The notes below the pieces were generated by a model. It did no database searches, was not told where the DNA came from, and saw only the letters and a list, made by a program, of their open reading frames with translations. Positions 36,163 through 46,572 of a DNA stretch of 53,387 nt are shown piece by piece; positions within the stretch are counted from its first letter, which is position 1, and each line of letters begins with the position of its first letter. The translations under genes were made by a program, and so were the position numbers. The DNA is from a virus. Its lineage: Duplodnaviria; Caudoviricetes. The stretch lies in the IMG/VR virus record IMGVR_UViG_3300032282_002272, positions 1 through 53,387 of that record; one strand, 5' to 3'.

Positions 36163-37773
36163 TTATTTATTTTCTGTTTTAGTATCGGGTTCAGTTGGTT
36201 GAGCCATTTGCATTTGTTCTGATTGTAATTGCAAACTTGCCCTGCCTTGAACAAGAGATACTTGAGCATCTTGATTAGCCTGAACAATTGCTCTTTCTAA
36301 TGCTTTTTTTCTATCAATTTTAATTTGTGAATCAATTTCAAGAATATCTTCTTCACTTTGTTGGAGAATATTTCTACGAACATAATCCTCTGAATAATAT
36401 TTACCAATAAAAGGTTCAATCATACTAGCCAGATTAACTCTTTGTTTTAGAATTTCCCCTTGTTTTAATTCCGCAAAAAAATTATCTACAGTATAATCAA
36501 ATTTAACATATTGTTTAATAGATTCCCAATCTTCAAAAGACATAATATTTTTAAGAATTAATTGTTTTTCTAGAAAACTTAAAAATAAACTTTGAAAACG
36601 AGTTCTCATTCTTTGAATAGTTTTAAAGAATTTAACTTCTGCTTTTGTGATATTATCGGTTTCGCCAAATACAAATGGTGAATCTGATTGTATTCTATTA
36701 ACAGGAATATTTAATGAATTATAAAGGGCATCTTTGAAATATGTTAAATCAGATACTTGGTCGATATTACTTGCCCCAGGCAATGTAGAAATTTCCGTTC
36801 CACGCCCACCTTCTCTGCGAGGAATCCAATAATCTTCCAACATAGTAGTAAACTTACGATCATCACGGATTTCACCAGTAGAAGCATCATATGCTAATTT
36901 ATTCTTATGTTTTACCATCATATCACGAACATATTGTTCGGCTTTCATTTTTGGTAAATTTCCAATATCAATATAAAAAATACGTCTTTCTGGAGCACGA
37001 GAAATACGATATATTACTGTGGCATCTTCAAGAATACGCAATTGATTTAATGGTTTAATTGCTTTATGCAGATATGATAAAACCATCTGATTTGATTTAT
37101 CAGTTAAACCAGATGTACAATACACAATTGAATCTTTCGCAATTTTTAATGTATATTGTGATGAAAAATCTTTAGTAGTTGTTCCCTTATTTGAATAAAG
37201 AAAATATTCAGTTATTTTTTGTGTTGGAACTGTTTGTTGTGAATCTATAGATGTTGTTTTAGAGGATTTTATTTCTCTAACTTTTCTTAAATTTCGGGGA
37301 TCAATATATCTTAATTCAACTATTCCATTTTGTAAATTAGTATTATCAATAATAGCATGATAATATAAACGACCATCAATATACCATTGCCTAAAAATTT
37401 CATATGCTTTATGATTAAAATTTAAAAGTCTTAGACAATAATTAAATTCATTAGTAATAAGTTGTTTTATTTTGTCATCAATATTAATTTGATCTAAATT
37501 AATATCAATAATTCTATTATTAGTAGGATCAATAGAGATTGCTTCATTAGTAATTTCATCAATAGCCATTTCAATTTCTGGCTGGAGAGACATATCTCTA
37601 TAACGTGTAATTAAATCAGATTCAGTTTTAGATGAACCCTCTAAATCAACATAACTTCCCGCAAACCCACCTGTAATAAGATTTACGCCACCATCATCAG
37701 AAATTGGTGGCGCAAATGATTGTGGAGGATTTAAATCTTGTTGACGGCGGATTTGAAATCCAAATAAATTCAT
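36163..37773 (-). CDS. gp20: Portal protein
   Basis: WYIDGR, LHKAIKPLNQLR, RAPERRIFYID, EDYWIPRREGGRGTEI. Confidence 0.98.
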   Translation of the reverse strand: MNLFGFQIRRQQDLNPPQSFAPPISDDGGVNLITGGFAGSYVDLEGSSKTESDLITRYRDMSLQPEIEMAIDEITNEAISIDPTNNRIIDINLDQINIDDKIKQLITNEFNYCLRLLNFNHKAYEIFRQWYIDGRLYYHAIIDNTNLQNGIVELRYIDPRNLRKVREIKSSKTTSIDSQQTVPTQKITEYFLYSNKGTTTKDFSSQYTLKIAKDSIVYCTSGLTDKSNQMVLSYLHKAIKPLNQLRILEDATVIYRISRAPERRIFYIDIGNLPKMKAEQYVRDMMVKHKNKLAYDASTGEIRDDRKFTTMLEDYWIPRREGGRGTEISTLPGASNIDQVSDLTYFKDALYNSLNIPVNRIQSDSPFVFGETDNITKAEVKFFKTIQRMRTRFQSLFLSFLEKQLILKNIMSFEDWESIKQYVKFDYTVDNFFAELKQGEILKQRVNLASMIEPFIGKYYSEDYVRRNILQQSEEDILEIDSQIKIDRKKALERAIVQANQDAQVSLVQGRASLQLQSEQMQMAQPTEPDTKTENK

Positions 37774-37795
37774 ACTTTATACTTTCAAATAAAAA

Positions 37796-38362
37796 TTATT
37801 GTGTTAGAATATTATTTGGAAGCCAATAATCATATGACCAAGTAACAGAAAATTCTTGAATAGTATTTTGTTCACTCCAATCTAAATTCATTCCAGCAAG
37901 ATTAATTGGCCATGCACCATATAAATCATATGATTTAATAGGATCACCAACTTTATTATATTGAACCACATTTACAATTGTTTTATATCCAGATTGTAAT
38001 GCAAATGCTGGGTCTCTATTATTATCAATAATATCATTAATTCCTGAATGCCATTGTTCAAGAGTATTTCTTACTAGATAATCTTCGTCATTAATTACTG
38101 TAGTTGTCCAATTAGCAAATGTTCTATCGCCAGGAAGTTTAATTACACGACCAAAATAACCAACACCAATTTGTCCAACACTATCTTCGGGAATAGAAGC
38201 TGCTCTGGCGGTAAAAAATAATTTTCTTTGTGCATTAGTATTCTGAGAATTTTGTGCGGTTACTAATGCTGATGGAAAAGTACAATTAATTGAGAACAGG
38301 TTAGGTCTTACCCCACCTGTTGCCAATGCTGTTCTAAATTGATCTATATTAGGATAAGGCAT
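37796..38362 (-). CDS. gp19: Tail tube protein
   Basis: RPNLF, PGDRTF..W..TVINDED, EFSVTWSYDYW. Confidence 0.95.
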   Translation of the reverse strand: MPYPNIDQFRTALATGGVRPNLFSINCTFPSALVTAQNSQNTNAQRKLFFTARAASIPEDSVGQIGVGYFGRVIKLPGDRTFANWTTTVINDEDYLVRNTLEQWHSGINDIIDNNRDPAFALQSGYKTIVNVVQYNKVGDPIKSYDLYGAWPINLAGMNLDWSEQNTIQEFSVTWSYDYWLPNNILTQ

Positions 38363-38376
38363 TTATATTTTGCTCC

Positions 38377-40725
38377 TTAGATTTCGAATTGGCCGATAAT
38401 TTCATTAAATTCCATACCAGTAGCCATGGCCACGAAATTCAATTGAATGAAATTAATTGATCTTGCCGGTTTAATATATATATCTGCAACAAATCCATTA
38501 GCATCAATTATATCTGGTGTATTATTTGTTTCATCACAAATTAAACGATAATCATAAATTCCTCTGCGACCTTTAACATCACGTAAAATTGGATCAACTT
38601 GACCAATGAATCTTGCACGAGTAAATTCATCATTAAATTCAAATAATGTGAATTTAGATACATCAGCAATTACTTTTTCCAAATAAATGAACAATCCACG
38701 AACATTAAGATGATCAAATGCTGAACCTTGATTTAATGTAGTTTTATCACCAAATAGAATTGCATCTTGACCAGGGAATTGAACAACTGGATTGATAGAT
38801 GCGGGATATAATTGATCGCGATCTAATTCCCCAGGATTATAATATAGATTTCTAAGATTACGTAATTCGCCGCGATTAAACCCAGCAGGAGACCACCAAG
38901 GCCCAAGTCTATTTATAGTTCTTACATATAGACCAGCAACATCACCATTTAGAGGAACATTAACATATCTGTTACGATAACGATCATACATTACTTTATA
39001 ACCACTATCAAGAAAACAGAATGAGGAATTAAGTACAGTGTCACTAAATGCAATCATTTTATTATAATTTGCATCATTAGAATCAGATGTTAAATCGTCT
39101 AATTGTGGTGAAGAAAATACGATACAATCTTTTCTTTGTTCACAAATATTATCAATAATATAATTTGTTAACCCTTCACCATTGAAACCGCCAACTGACT
39201 TACCAGTTAGAATTACATCAACATTGACTGCTGTTTTATCTTTTAATTGATCGTATCCACTCAACAGTGTAGCAAGTGATACATTATCTTCAGTTACAAG
39301 ATTAGAACCAGCACCAAGAAATGCATTAAATGGTACAGTTTGTGTTGATGCAAGAAGTGTTTTTGGATCAGTTGATGTAGTTAATCCTGGAATATGATTT
39401 GCCCACCAAACATGTTTGCTATATTTATTAATTAGATCAACATAATATTTTCCAGAAAATAAACCTTTATTAGAAAGAACTCTAGAGCCAGTAATTGATG
39501 ATACTAAGTTATTATTTTTATCCACAATAGCGATATAAACCGTATCAAGAATATTATTAGTAATAGTTTTATCGGTATAAGTAAATATAGGAAATCCTCC
39601 ACCAGCAAATTCCCAACGACGACGAATATCCCCTTTTTGTAATCCACCACCAGTCCCGGTATAAAAAGTTGTAGTATTTGCATAAATTGTTAAGGTTGTA
39701 GCATGAGTAATTGCTTGAGCAAATGTAAGAACTACGTTTGAACCAACTACTTTTTTGCCAGTAATATTATAATCTGCTGTCAATTTTGGTTTAGAAGCAT
39801 CTGCGGATATATTCATTTCAAAGTGAAATATATCACGATAGCCAAATTTAGTTGCAAGAGTATTAGCAGCGGAGGCACTTGCTGTTTGGATATTTGCAGA
39901 AGTTGCACCTTGAATAAAAACAACATTTGCTGATGCGGTATTAAATGCGGTTAAAAGAGATGACAAAAATGCTGTATCACTATCAACTATAGATACACGA
40001 TATCCGTTTAGATCATCGGCAGCGGTTTTTGAAATAAATAATAAATTTGTATCGCTAGAATATCCATCATATCCAATTTTTCCTCTCCAATCAGTATCAT
40101 CATAAAGGCCAGCCGTAGTTACTTTAGTATTAATAGAAATAGCTTGTTGATTGGCTGTTGCAACTGGTTTATAAGTAACATTAAAAGTTAAAGAAGTTGA
40201 ACCAGTGGTTTGATTATTGGCAATAACATTTAATAAACCATTGGTGCCTACAGGAAAATCTGATGAATTAAATACACCCGCATTAACTATTGCATAATTT
40301 GTAATTTTACCATTACTATCAGTAATTACCGAAATATTAGCAGTTGTAATAGTATTAGCACCAGAAATGGTGATAACATCAGAATTAGTAAATGCCCCAG
40401 ATTGAGTAACAATAGATAGAGTATCTAATTGAATAGTTGGTTTAGCGTATGAACTTAAAGCATTATTAGCTACCCGAATAACATATAATTGATCAGAATA
40501 CGCAAGATAACTAGCGGCAGTAAAAAATGTTTCTTCGTTTGCATTTGTAGGTTCGCCAAAGTTAGAAACTAATTCTGATTCAGTTCTAACAAGAGTGGGA
40601 ACTCCTACTGGTCCTTTAGTAAAAATTCCAGAAATAGCACCAATGGGTCTATTTGGTTGACGTGCTACAATGCTCCGATCAAATTCTCTAATTTCAATGC
40701 CTGGGCTAACTCTATTAATTGCCAT
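38377..40725 (-). CDS. gp18: Tail sheath protein
   Basis: SPGIEIRE, PWWSPAGFNRG, GDKT, IKPARSINFIQLNFVA. Confidence 0.97.
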   Translation of the reverse strand: MAINRVSPGIEIREFDRSIVARQPNRPIGAISGIFTKGPVGVPTLVRTESELVSNFGEPTNANEETFFTAASYLAYSDQLYVIRVANNALSSYAKPTIQLDTLSIVTQSGAFTNSDVITISGANTITTANISVITDSNGKITNYAIVNAGVFNSSDFPVGTNGLLNVIANNQTTGSTSLTFNVTYKPVATANQQAISINTKVTTAGLYDDTDWRGKIGYDGYSSDTNLLFISKTAADDLNGYRVSIVDSDTAFLSSLLTAFNTASANVVFIQGATSANIQTASASAANTLATKFGYRDIFHFEMNISADASKPKLTADYNITGKKVVGSNVVLTFAQAITHATTLTIYANTTTFYTGTGGGLQKGDIRRRWEFAGGGFPIFTYTDKTITNNILDTVYIAIVDKNNNLVSSITGSRVLSNKGLFSGKYYVDLINKYSKHVWWANHIPGLTTSTDPKTLLASTQTVPFNAFLGAGSNLVTEDNVSLATLLSGYDQLKDKTAVNVDVILTGKSVGGFNGEGLTNYIIDNICEQRKDCIVFSSPQLDDLTSDSNDANYNKMIAFSDTVLNSSFCFLDSGYKVMYDRYRNRYVNVPLNGDVAGLYVRTINRLGPWWSPAGFNRGELRNLRNLYYNPGELDRDQLYPASINPVVQFPGQDAILFGDKTTLNQGSAFDHLNVRGLFIYLEKVIADVSKFTLFEFNDEFTRARFIGQVDPILRDVKGRRGIYDYRLICDETNNTPDIIDANGFVADIYIKPARSINFIQLNFVAMATGMEFNEIIGQFEI

Positions 40726-40765
40726 TTATTTTTCTCCATAAGTATTCGAATAAATATCTTAATGT

Positions 40766-40772
40766 TATTTAT
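40766..40772 (-). promoter_or_regulatory. gp55-type late promoter (representative)
   Basis: ATAAATA upstream of gp18; also at 12931, 31442, 34744, 36160, 46581 (TATAAATA) and 49495; motif is common by chance in AT-rich DNA. Confidence 0.55.
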
Positions 40773-40796
40773 TATTATTAACTTTTTAGAGTTTTA

Positions 40797-42443
40797 TTAA
40801 TCTTCCCGCAGGAAACGCTCAAATTCTCTATAAGATACTGTTGTTATTTCATCTGTGTATTTATAATCATTACTATCATCCGATATAAATGGCAATATTT
40901 CTTCATCAATTAAATTAAAATTTTCACGAACTAATCGTTCTCTTACGTTAGTGTCCGTCCAATCTTTAAAATATGGTTGTTGCACTAACCAACAAAAAAT
41001 AACACAACACATTACAAGATCATCATGATGACCTTCTTCTGCTTGAAATGAATCACCAATTTCAATAAATGTTGTTAATTCATCAATAATCCATTGATCT
41101 TCTACAAATAATTTATCTGTTTCTATTAATGCTTTTAAATTTGAACATCCTACTCGCTTTGTTGCTTTAGTAGTACGAACACCAATTCCGGGCCTATTAG
41201 CAAATCCCCCACTAAGAATTTGTCCTGCTCTACCTTTCATCTGAGTAAATACTACATGTTCATATTCTAATTCATAGAAAAGAATATCTGCCACTTGTTG
41301 GCCATTATCATTAACTTCAATACAAACATAGGCATCATTATAGCTTTTAGCGAATTGATATACTATACTAGGAAATGTTAATGGTGATATTTTATTATCT
41401 TTATAAACAGCAACTACTTCATAAGGAATTTTAGATGCATCAAATATTACTAGGGATGAATAATCTCCACCAACTCCTCTTGATGTATCAACAACTATTA
41501 CATATAATTGATTTTTCTTATCGGCATGTTTATAAATTTGTGATACTTCATTTGCTTGAATTGGCATAGCAGATGATAATTGTAATAATTTTTCTGGTGA
41601 TATAAGAGTATTTGTAGAACCAATAAATTCGCATCCATATTCTTGTCTAAATTTTTCCGGCCCCATAATATTAAGTTCTTTTTGCATCCATTCATCATCA
41701 CGTCCCGGAATATCAGACCAATGAACAGAAAATGGAGAAAATTGATTTTTTTCGTTTTCTGCATCTCGCCAAATTTTATAGAAAAAATTAATTCCATTTG
41801 GTGTTGATGTAATTATCATTTTGGTTGTAGTGCCGGATGATAATGTTGGAAATACTGAAGCAAAAAATTCAGATTGAATATTTGAGGGAACGAAGGCAAA
41901 TTCATCCATATACACGCAATTATGAGATTTTCCTCTAGTTGCACTTGCTGATGTTGCAGATGCTTCAATTTTACTTCCATTTTCTAATTCAATATTACCT
42001 TTATTCCATTCAACTACGCCTTGTTGCATCCATTTAGGTAAATTTTCATATGATAATTGTAATCTACCTAAAATTTCTCGTGCCTGAACTGATTTATGAG
42101 CAAGAATAGAAATTGAATAATTTTCATGAAATAATACATACCACAATAAAATAGCAACAACTGTTTGAGTTTTGCCTGATTGTCGTGGAATTTTACATAT
42201 AGTATAACGATTATTTACAAAATTTTTGACCATTTCTTCTTGCCATGGCCAAAGTGCAAAATTCATTAAACCTTTATCAACATTGATAATTTTAACATAT
42301 TTTTTAATAAAATATATTGGATCATCGGCACATTTTTTAAATTCACGTATTTCTTTTTTTCCATAATTAATAGGAACATTTACACGTTTTAATTTTTGAT
42401 TACCTAAGTAATAATAACTTTTGTCTGATATTGTTCCACTCAT
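40797..42443 (-). CDS. gp17: Terminase large subunit
   Basis: PRQSGKT, MDEFAF, STPNG, DTSRGVGGDYS, HDDLVM. Confidence 0.98.
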   Translation of the reverse strand: MSGTISDKSYYYLGNQKLKRVNVPINYGKKEIREFKKCADDPIYFIKKYVKIINVDKGLMNFALWPWQEEMVKNFVNNRYTICKIPRQSGKTQTVVAILLWYVLFHENYSISILAHKSVQAREILGRLQLSYENLPKWMQQGVVEWNKGNIELENGSKIEASATSASATRGKSHNCVYMDEFAFVPSNIQSEFFASVFPTLSSGTTTKMIITSTPNGINFFYKIWRDAENEKNQFSPFSVHWSDIPGRDDEWMQKELNIMGPEKFRQEYGCEFIGSTNTLISPEKLLQLSSAMPIQANEVSQIYKHADKKNQLYVIVVDTSRGVGGDYSSLVIFDASKIPYEVVAVYKDNKISPLTFPSIVYQFAKSYNDAYVCIEVNDNGQQVADILFYELEYEHVVFTQMKGRAGQILSGGFANRPGIGVRTTKATKRVGCSNLKALIETDKLFVEDQWIIDELTTFIEIGDSFQAEEGHHDDLVMCCVIFCWLVQQPYFKDWTDTNVRERLVRENFNLIDEEILPFISDDSNDYKYTDEITTVSYREFERFLRED

Positions 42444-42445
42444 AA

Positions 42446-42862
42446 TTAATCCTCTTCGATTTCGCCTTCAATTTCATTATCAGAATTAGTAGTTCCTTTA
42501 ATTTGTTTTAACATTTCATTAGTTGTTCCAAAGAAAAATTGTTGTTGCACCGAACGATTATCATTAAATACTTTAACTTTATTTTCTCTAACATTAATAT
42601 CAACTAAATCTTTATTAGCATCAACTACAGTTCGTAATAAATTAGCAAGAACCTCAAATGCACGAGGATGTTGTGATTGTTGGGCAATAGTTAAAAGATC
42701 ATCAACAGCTTCTTTACCACGAGTAATCATTTCTTTAATATTATCTTTTGCTACATCAATATCTTCAAATTTATCATTATCAGGAAGGGCTAATTGTTTT
42801 TTAATATCTGGGGAAGGTAATCCTAATGCACGAGAAATTTTATCATCTTTATCTTTATCCAT
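42446..42862 (-). CDS. gp16: Terminase small subunit
   Basis: QHPRAFEVL, FFGTT. Confidence 0.92.
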   Translation of the reverse strand: MDKDKDDKISRALGLPSPDIKKQLALPDNDKFEDIDVAKDNIKEMITRGKEAVDDLLTIAQQSQHPRAFEVLANLLRTVVDANKDLVDINVRENKVKVFNDNRSVQQQFFFGTTNEMLKQIKGTTNSDNEIEGEIEED

Positions 42863-43893
42863 TATATTATATCATCCATAGTAATACTAATTCCATAATC
42901 ATCAGTTGCTTTTATTTTATCTATCGAAATAGAAATAGCAGAATTATTTGTTGGTTTTCCATTTGCTGTCAATGCTGGTGTAATGTACATAGCTGTAACT
43001 GGTGTTGCATTTACCAAAATAGAAACAACATTTGCCCTATTTAATGTATCTTTAGAATATAATGTATTAGATGTATTAAATGAACCTTTAACTTCCATTA
43101 CTTGAACAATTGTATTGCTACTATATTTTACTACACCTTGGGCAGTAATATATTTGCCATTAGTTTGATATATTATATCACCAATATCAAATGCAGGATT
43201 ATTATCAGAATTTACAAAAATATCAATGGTATTCCAAAGATCGTCATCATATAAATTTATTGTAGTTCTTTTAATAATACCTTTAGATTTAATTGGTCCA
43301 TATAATTCAGCTTTCATTAAAAATTGAATAGTTGACATAATAAATCTTGGCTGACCAATTTGATTTTCATACCGATCATTTACTGTTACATTTGCTATTG
43401 AAACTGGAATATCTTTAGTAATACCTAATTCTGGAATCAAATTAACTGAAGCAGTCCATTCTGGAGCAAAAAAAGGAAAAATTTGTTCCATTATTTGTAA
43501 ATTTTCTTCTACAGTTTTGGTATAAATTGTTAGTGCAAATGTAATATTATATGGAATTGCAGATTGAGTATAATCTAAATTATTAGGATTAGTAGTATTT
43601 AATGCTACAATTTTTTGTTGAACAGATATTTTTCTTTGTGCATCATATTGAATATTTGTAATTTCAAATGACATACGTGGAAGAACTATTGCAGTTTCGC
43701 GTTTGGCATCAGGGTCTTGATTTAATCTGGTAATCCATGCGCTTTTAGGCCCATAGGCAAGAGGAACATTAAACCATTGCACCACATTATCATTAGCATC
43801 TGTACGCTGAATGAAAATATCATTAAATAATGAACCAAAATAAATTACATATTTACGAAATAATTTATGATAAAAATAATTATTTTTTAACAT
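42862..43893 (-). CDS. gp15: Tail sheath stabilizer / terminator
   Basis: FGSLFN, VPLAYGPK, LPRMSFE, EQIFPFF. Confidence 0.93.
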   Translation of the reverse strand: MLKNNYFYHKLFRKYVIYFGSLFNDIFIQRTDANDNVVQWFNVPLAYGPKSAWITRLNQDPDAKRETAIVLPRMSFEITNIQYDAQRKISVQQKIVALNTTNPNNLDYTQSAIPYNITFALTIYTKTVEENLQIMEQIFPFFAPEWTASVNLIPELGITKDIPVSIANVTVNDRYENQIGQPRFIMSTIQFLMKAELYGPIKSKGIIKRTTINLYDDDLWNTIDIFVNSDNNPAFDIGDIIYQTNGKYITAQGVVKYSSNTIVQVMEVKGSFNTSNTLYSKDTLNRANVVSILVNATPVTAMYITPALTANGKPTNNSAISISIDKIKATDDYGISITMDDII

Positions 43894-44609
43894 TAAACTT
43901 CTCCAAATGGATTTTTCTCATTAAAATTAATTATTTCATCCGATTCATTTTGTATTATTTCATTTTGAATATTTAATTCCATTCCTACATCTTTAACAGT
44001 TTCTATTTCAATAGATTCACCATCCTCAGTTTGTAAAATAGAATCTGTTTCAGTAGTTAAAGAATCAGAACCAGTATTAGCAATTGAATAATGAGATATA
44101 CGAGTATCAATTTCTGGAATACCAACATTAATTCTTTCTGAATTATATTCTATTTTATCACATTTAATTTCATACACATATTGTTCACCCAATGTAAAAA
44201 ATGGTGCGCGATTATTAACATATTTAATTTCAAAAAAACTTCCCTCTATAGGAAAATATATAATATCTCCTTCTAGTGGTCTTATATTATTTTGATAATG
44301 ACCAATTTCTTCTTTATATCTTTTCTTTGATAAGCAAAAACTCATACTATCTCTAATTTCAAGACCAAATTTAGATAACATATCTCCATTACCTTGAAAT
44401 CCCCCATAATCCTTTGGATAGGCTTCTATAGTATATGCTTTATCAAATAGAGATAATAAATCTTCTTGAAAAATATCATCTAAATTAACAATTGTTTTGG
44501 GTAAATATTTTATATCAATACCATATATCTTAATTGATTCTGCTACCAGACTTTCAATTAAGTTTTGTTCTTGCCCATAACTTTTATTAAAAAATTTATT
44601 TATTGTCAT
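43893..44609 (-). CDS. gp14: Neck protein
   Basis: ESIKIYG, SKFGLEIRD, RPLEGD, NPFG. Confidence 0.95.
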   Translation of the reverse strand: MTINKFFNKSYGQEQNLIESLVAESIKIYGIDIKYLPKTIVNLDDIFQEDLLSLFDKAYTIEAYPKDYGGFQGNGDMLSKFGLEIRDSMSFCLSKKRYKEEIGHYQNNIRPLEGDIIYFPIEGSFFEIKYVNNRAPFFTLGEQYVYEIKCDKIEYNSERINVGIPEIDTRISHYSIANTGSDSLTTETDSILQTEDGESIEIETVKDVGMELNIQNEIIQNESDEIINFNEKNPFGEV

Positions 44610-45349
44610 TATGCCAATAGATCAACTACTGGAAGTGAATAAGAAGAAATCATTTCGCTTTCTAATTCAGCAATTTCTCTTTCGGCTTCCGCCAAAATTT
44701 TATCACCATTAAATGTAATTCCCCCCATTAAAGGAATATTAGAATATTTTGTTAAATTACTTCCCCATTGTCTTTTAATTAATGAAGTAGCATATTTTGC
44801 TAACCATCTATCACCCCATGCATCAGTATATACTGTGGGATCAACTACTTGATATGCTTCTACAATGATATAACTACCAACTTTAATTTTTGCCCAACTC
44901 ATATCAATATATAATTTATTGATATGACGATTATATCTAATTGGTTGTTTTCCTACTAAAATTTCTTCATACATTCTAATACGTTGAATGTTCAAATAAT
45001 AAGGTACAATTGAATCATTAGTATATTGATAAAGATCATTAAGTGCAATTTGGTATCTAATATCAAACATATTTGCACTGGCGATTGCGCTGCCAATATC
45101 AAAAATGTTTACAACTCCAATTATATTTTCTGGTATAGTTAAATATTTGTTAGCTACATCAGTTTCAGTAACTTGATATTTAAGATACATTTTTTCAGCA
45201 CCATCAAAATGATAATCATAATAATATTTCAATGCTTCATCAATTCTATCTTGTACTTGATCATCAGATACATTAATTTCAATTACTGGTTTACCTAATT
45301 TACGTAAACAATATTCAATTAATTCGTCGCGTGATGATGGAATAGTCAT
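44609..45349 (-). CDS. gp13: Neck protein
   Basis: LRKLGKPVIEINV, KRQWGSNLTKY, GGITFNG. Confidence 0.95.
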   Translation of the reverse strand: MTIPSSRDELIEYCLRKLGKPVIEINVSDDQVQDRIDEALKYYYDYHFDGAEKMYLKYQVTETDVANKYLTIPENIIGVVNIFDIGSAIASANMFDIRYQIALNDLYQYTNDSIVPYYLNIQRIRMYEEILVGKQPIRYNRHINKLYIDMSWAKIKVGSYIIVEAYQVVDPTVYTDAWGDRWLAKYATSLIKRQWGSNLTKYSNIPLMGGITFNGDKILAEAEREIAELESEMISSYSLPVVDLLA

Positions 45350-45361
45350 TTTTATCTCCTA

Positions 45362-46111
45362 TTAATATTGATTAGATATATGAGCATTCCATATATGAAC
45401 TTTTTCACCACTATCATTAGTGTATATTTTTGGTTCAGGATGAATTTTTAATTCAGTATTTCTTGCAATAATAGTTTCATGTTCTGTTGGATGATTAGAA
45501 TGTTGACTAATATGAGTTGCCCAATCATTGGGTTTTAGTCTAATATGTAAAATATGTCTATCGGGGGTATCACCTATATTTCTAGTAAAAAAATTTGCAA
45601 CTTGTTTATCATGTGTTGCTGATGTATATGCAGGTAAAAATACTGTTGAATCTTTTGATTTTAATTTTTTTGCTGGATCAAATCCAATTCCAGAATATAC
45701 AGATAAATGATTACCAATCGGATTTTGTGTAATTTCATCCATTTTATTAGAAAAATGTGCAACATGGTGAGGAACAGATGTTGATGTTCCATATTTTTTT
45801 ATTAAGGGTTTATTAATACCAGAACTATCTTGTGTATATTGATTAATATACTTATGATGATCATCAGTAAATTTTGGTGAATTTGCTGCTAATTTAGATG
45901 AAATTTCTTCTGATGATTTTGATATCACTTCATGGTTTGATAAATGTGGGTTATCATTTTGTAATAACCATTCACTTATATGTGGGTATCTTTCTGTTTT
46001 TTCTTGGATATAATTTTCTGTTACCGCCGAAACATGACTATTTTTAAAATGAATAGGATGTTCTGGAACATATCTATTTTTATCTTTTTTAAAATCTTTA
46101 AATGTTTTCAT
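45362..46111 (-). CDS. VIP2/Alt-like ADP-ribosyltransferase-domain protein
   Basis: YT...IN..L, VYSG, YTSAT, EHE motif order. Confidence 0.7.
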   Translation of the reverse strand: MKTFKDFKKDKNRYVPEHPIHFKNSHVSAVTENYIQEKTERYPHISEWLLQNDNPHLSNHEVISKSSEEISSKLAANSPKFTDDHHKYINQYTQDSSGINKPLIKKYGTSTSVPHHVAHFSNKMDEITQNPIGNHLSVYSGIGFDPAKKLKSKDSTVFLPAYTSATHDKQVANFFTRNIGDTPDRHILHIRLKPNDWATHISQHSNHPTEHETIIARNTELKIHPEPKIYTNDSGEKVHIWNAHISNQY

Positions 46112-46222
46112 CTGTTATTCTCACTACGTATTGTTTTCTATTTGAAATTTTTGTAATTAAAGTAATACGATTATATATTTTAATTCTATATTTTTGTGTA
46201 TCGGGAATATGTATAATAAACA

Positions 46223-46552
46223 TTAATATGATACCTGTGGACTGATTGTTATAAATCCTTCAACAATACGTATTACTGTATTAGAAGAACTTGTTAATTT
46301 AACATCATACTGATATCTATCAGAATAACTCATATTAGCAGTTTGGTTTGCGGTTAATGAAGCACGAACAATTCCGTTGGAAAAACAATTTACAGTCATA
46401 GTAACAGCAGTATTTGAACTAATGAATTTACGTGCTTTTCCTGTTCCGGTATAAGTTGAAACATCTAAAGTATTATTGGAACTATCTTTAACTAAAAAAT
46501 CTACTTCAAATGTAGTTCCTTGATCTATTACTAAATCTATTTTATCTGCCAT
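46223..46552 (-). CDS. Virion structural beta-sandwich protein
   Basis: DLVIDQGTTF, LTANQTA, YQYDV, RIVEG.I..SP.V. Confidence 0.75.
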   Translation of the reverse strand: MADKIDLVIDQGTTFEVDFLVKDSSNNTLDVSTYTGTGKARKFISSNTAVTMTVNCFSNGIVRASLTANQTANMSYSDRYQYDVKLTSSSNTVIRIVEGFITISPQVSY

Positions 46553-46572
46553 TTATTTTTCCAATTATTGTA

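Noticed and set aside
25060-45349. Introns or inteins in core genes
   Set aside because: gp17, gp20, gp23, gp46, gp47 and UvsW are continuous and of ordinary length
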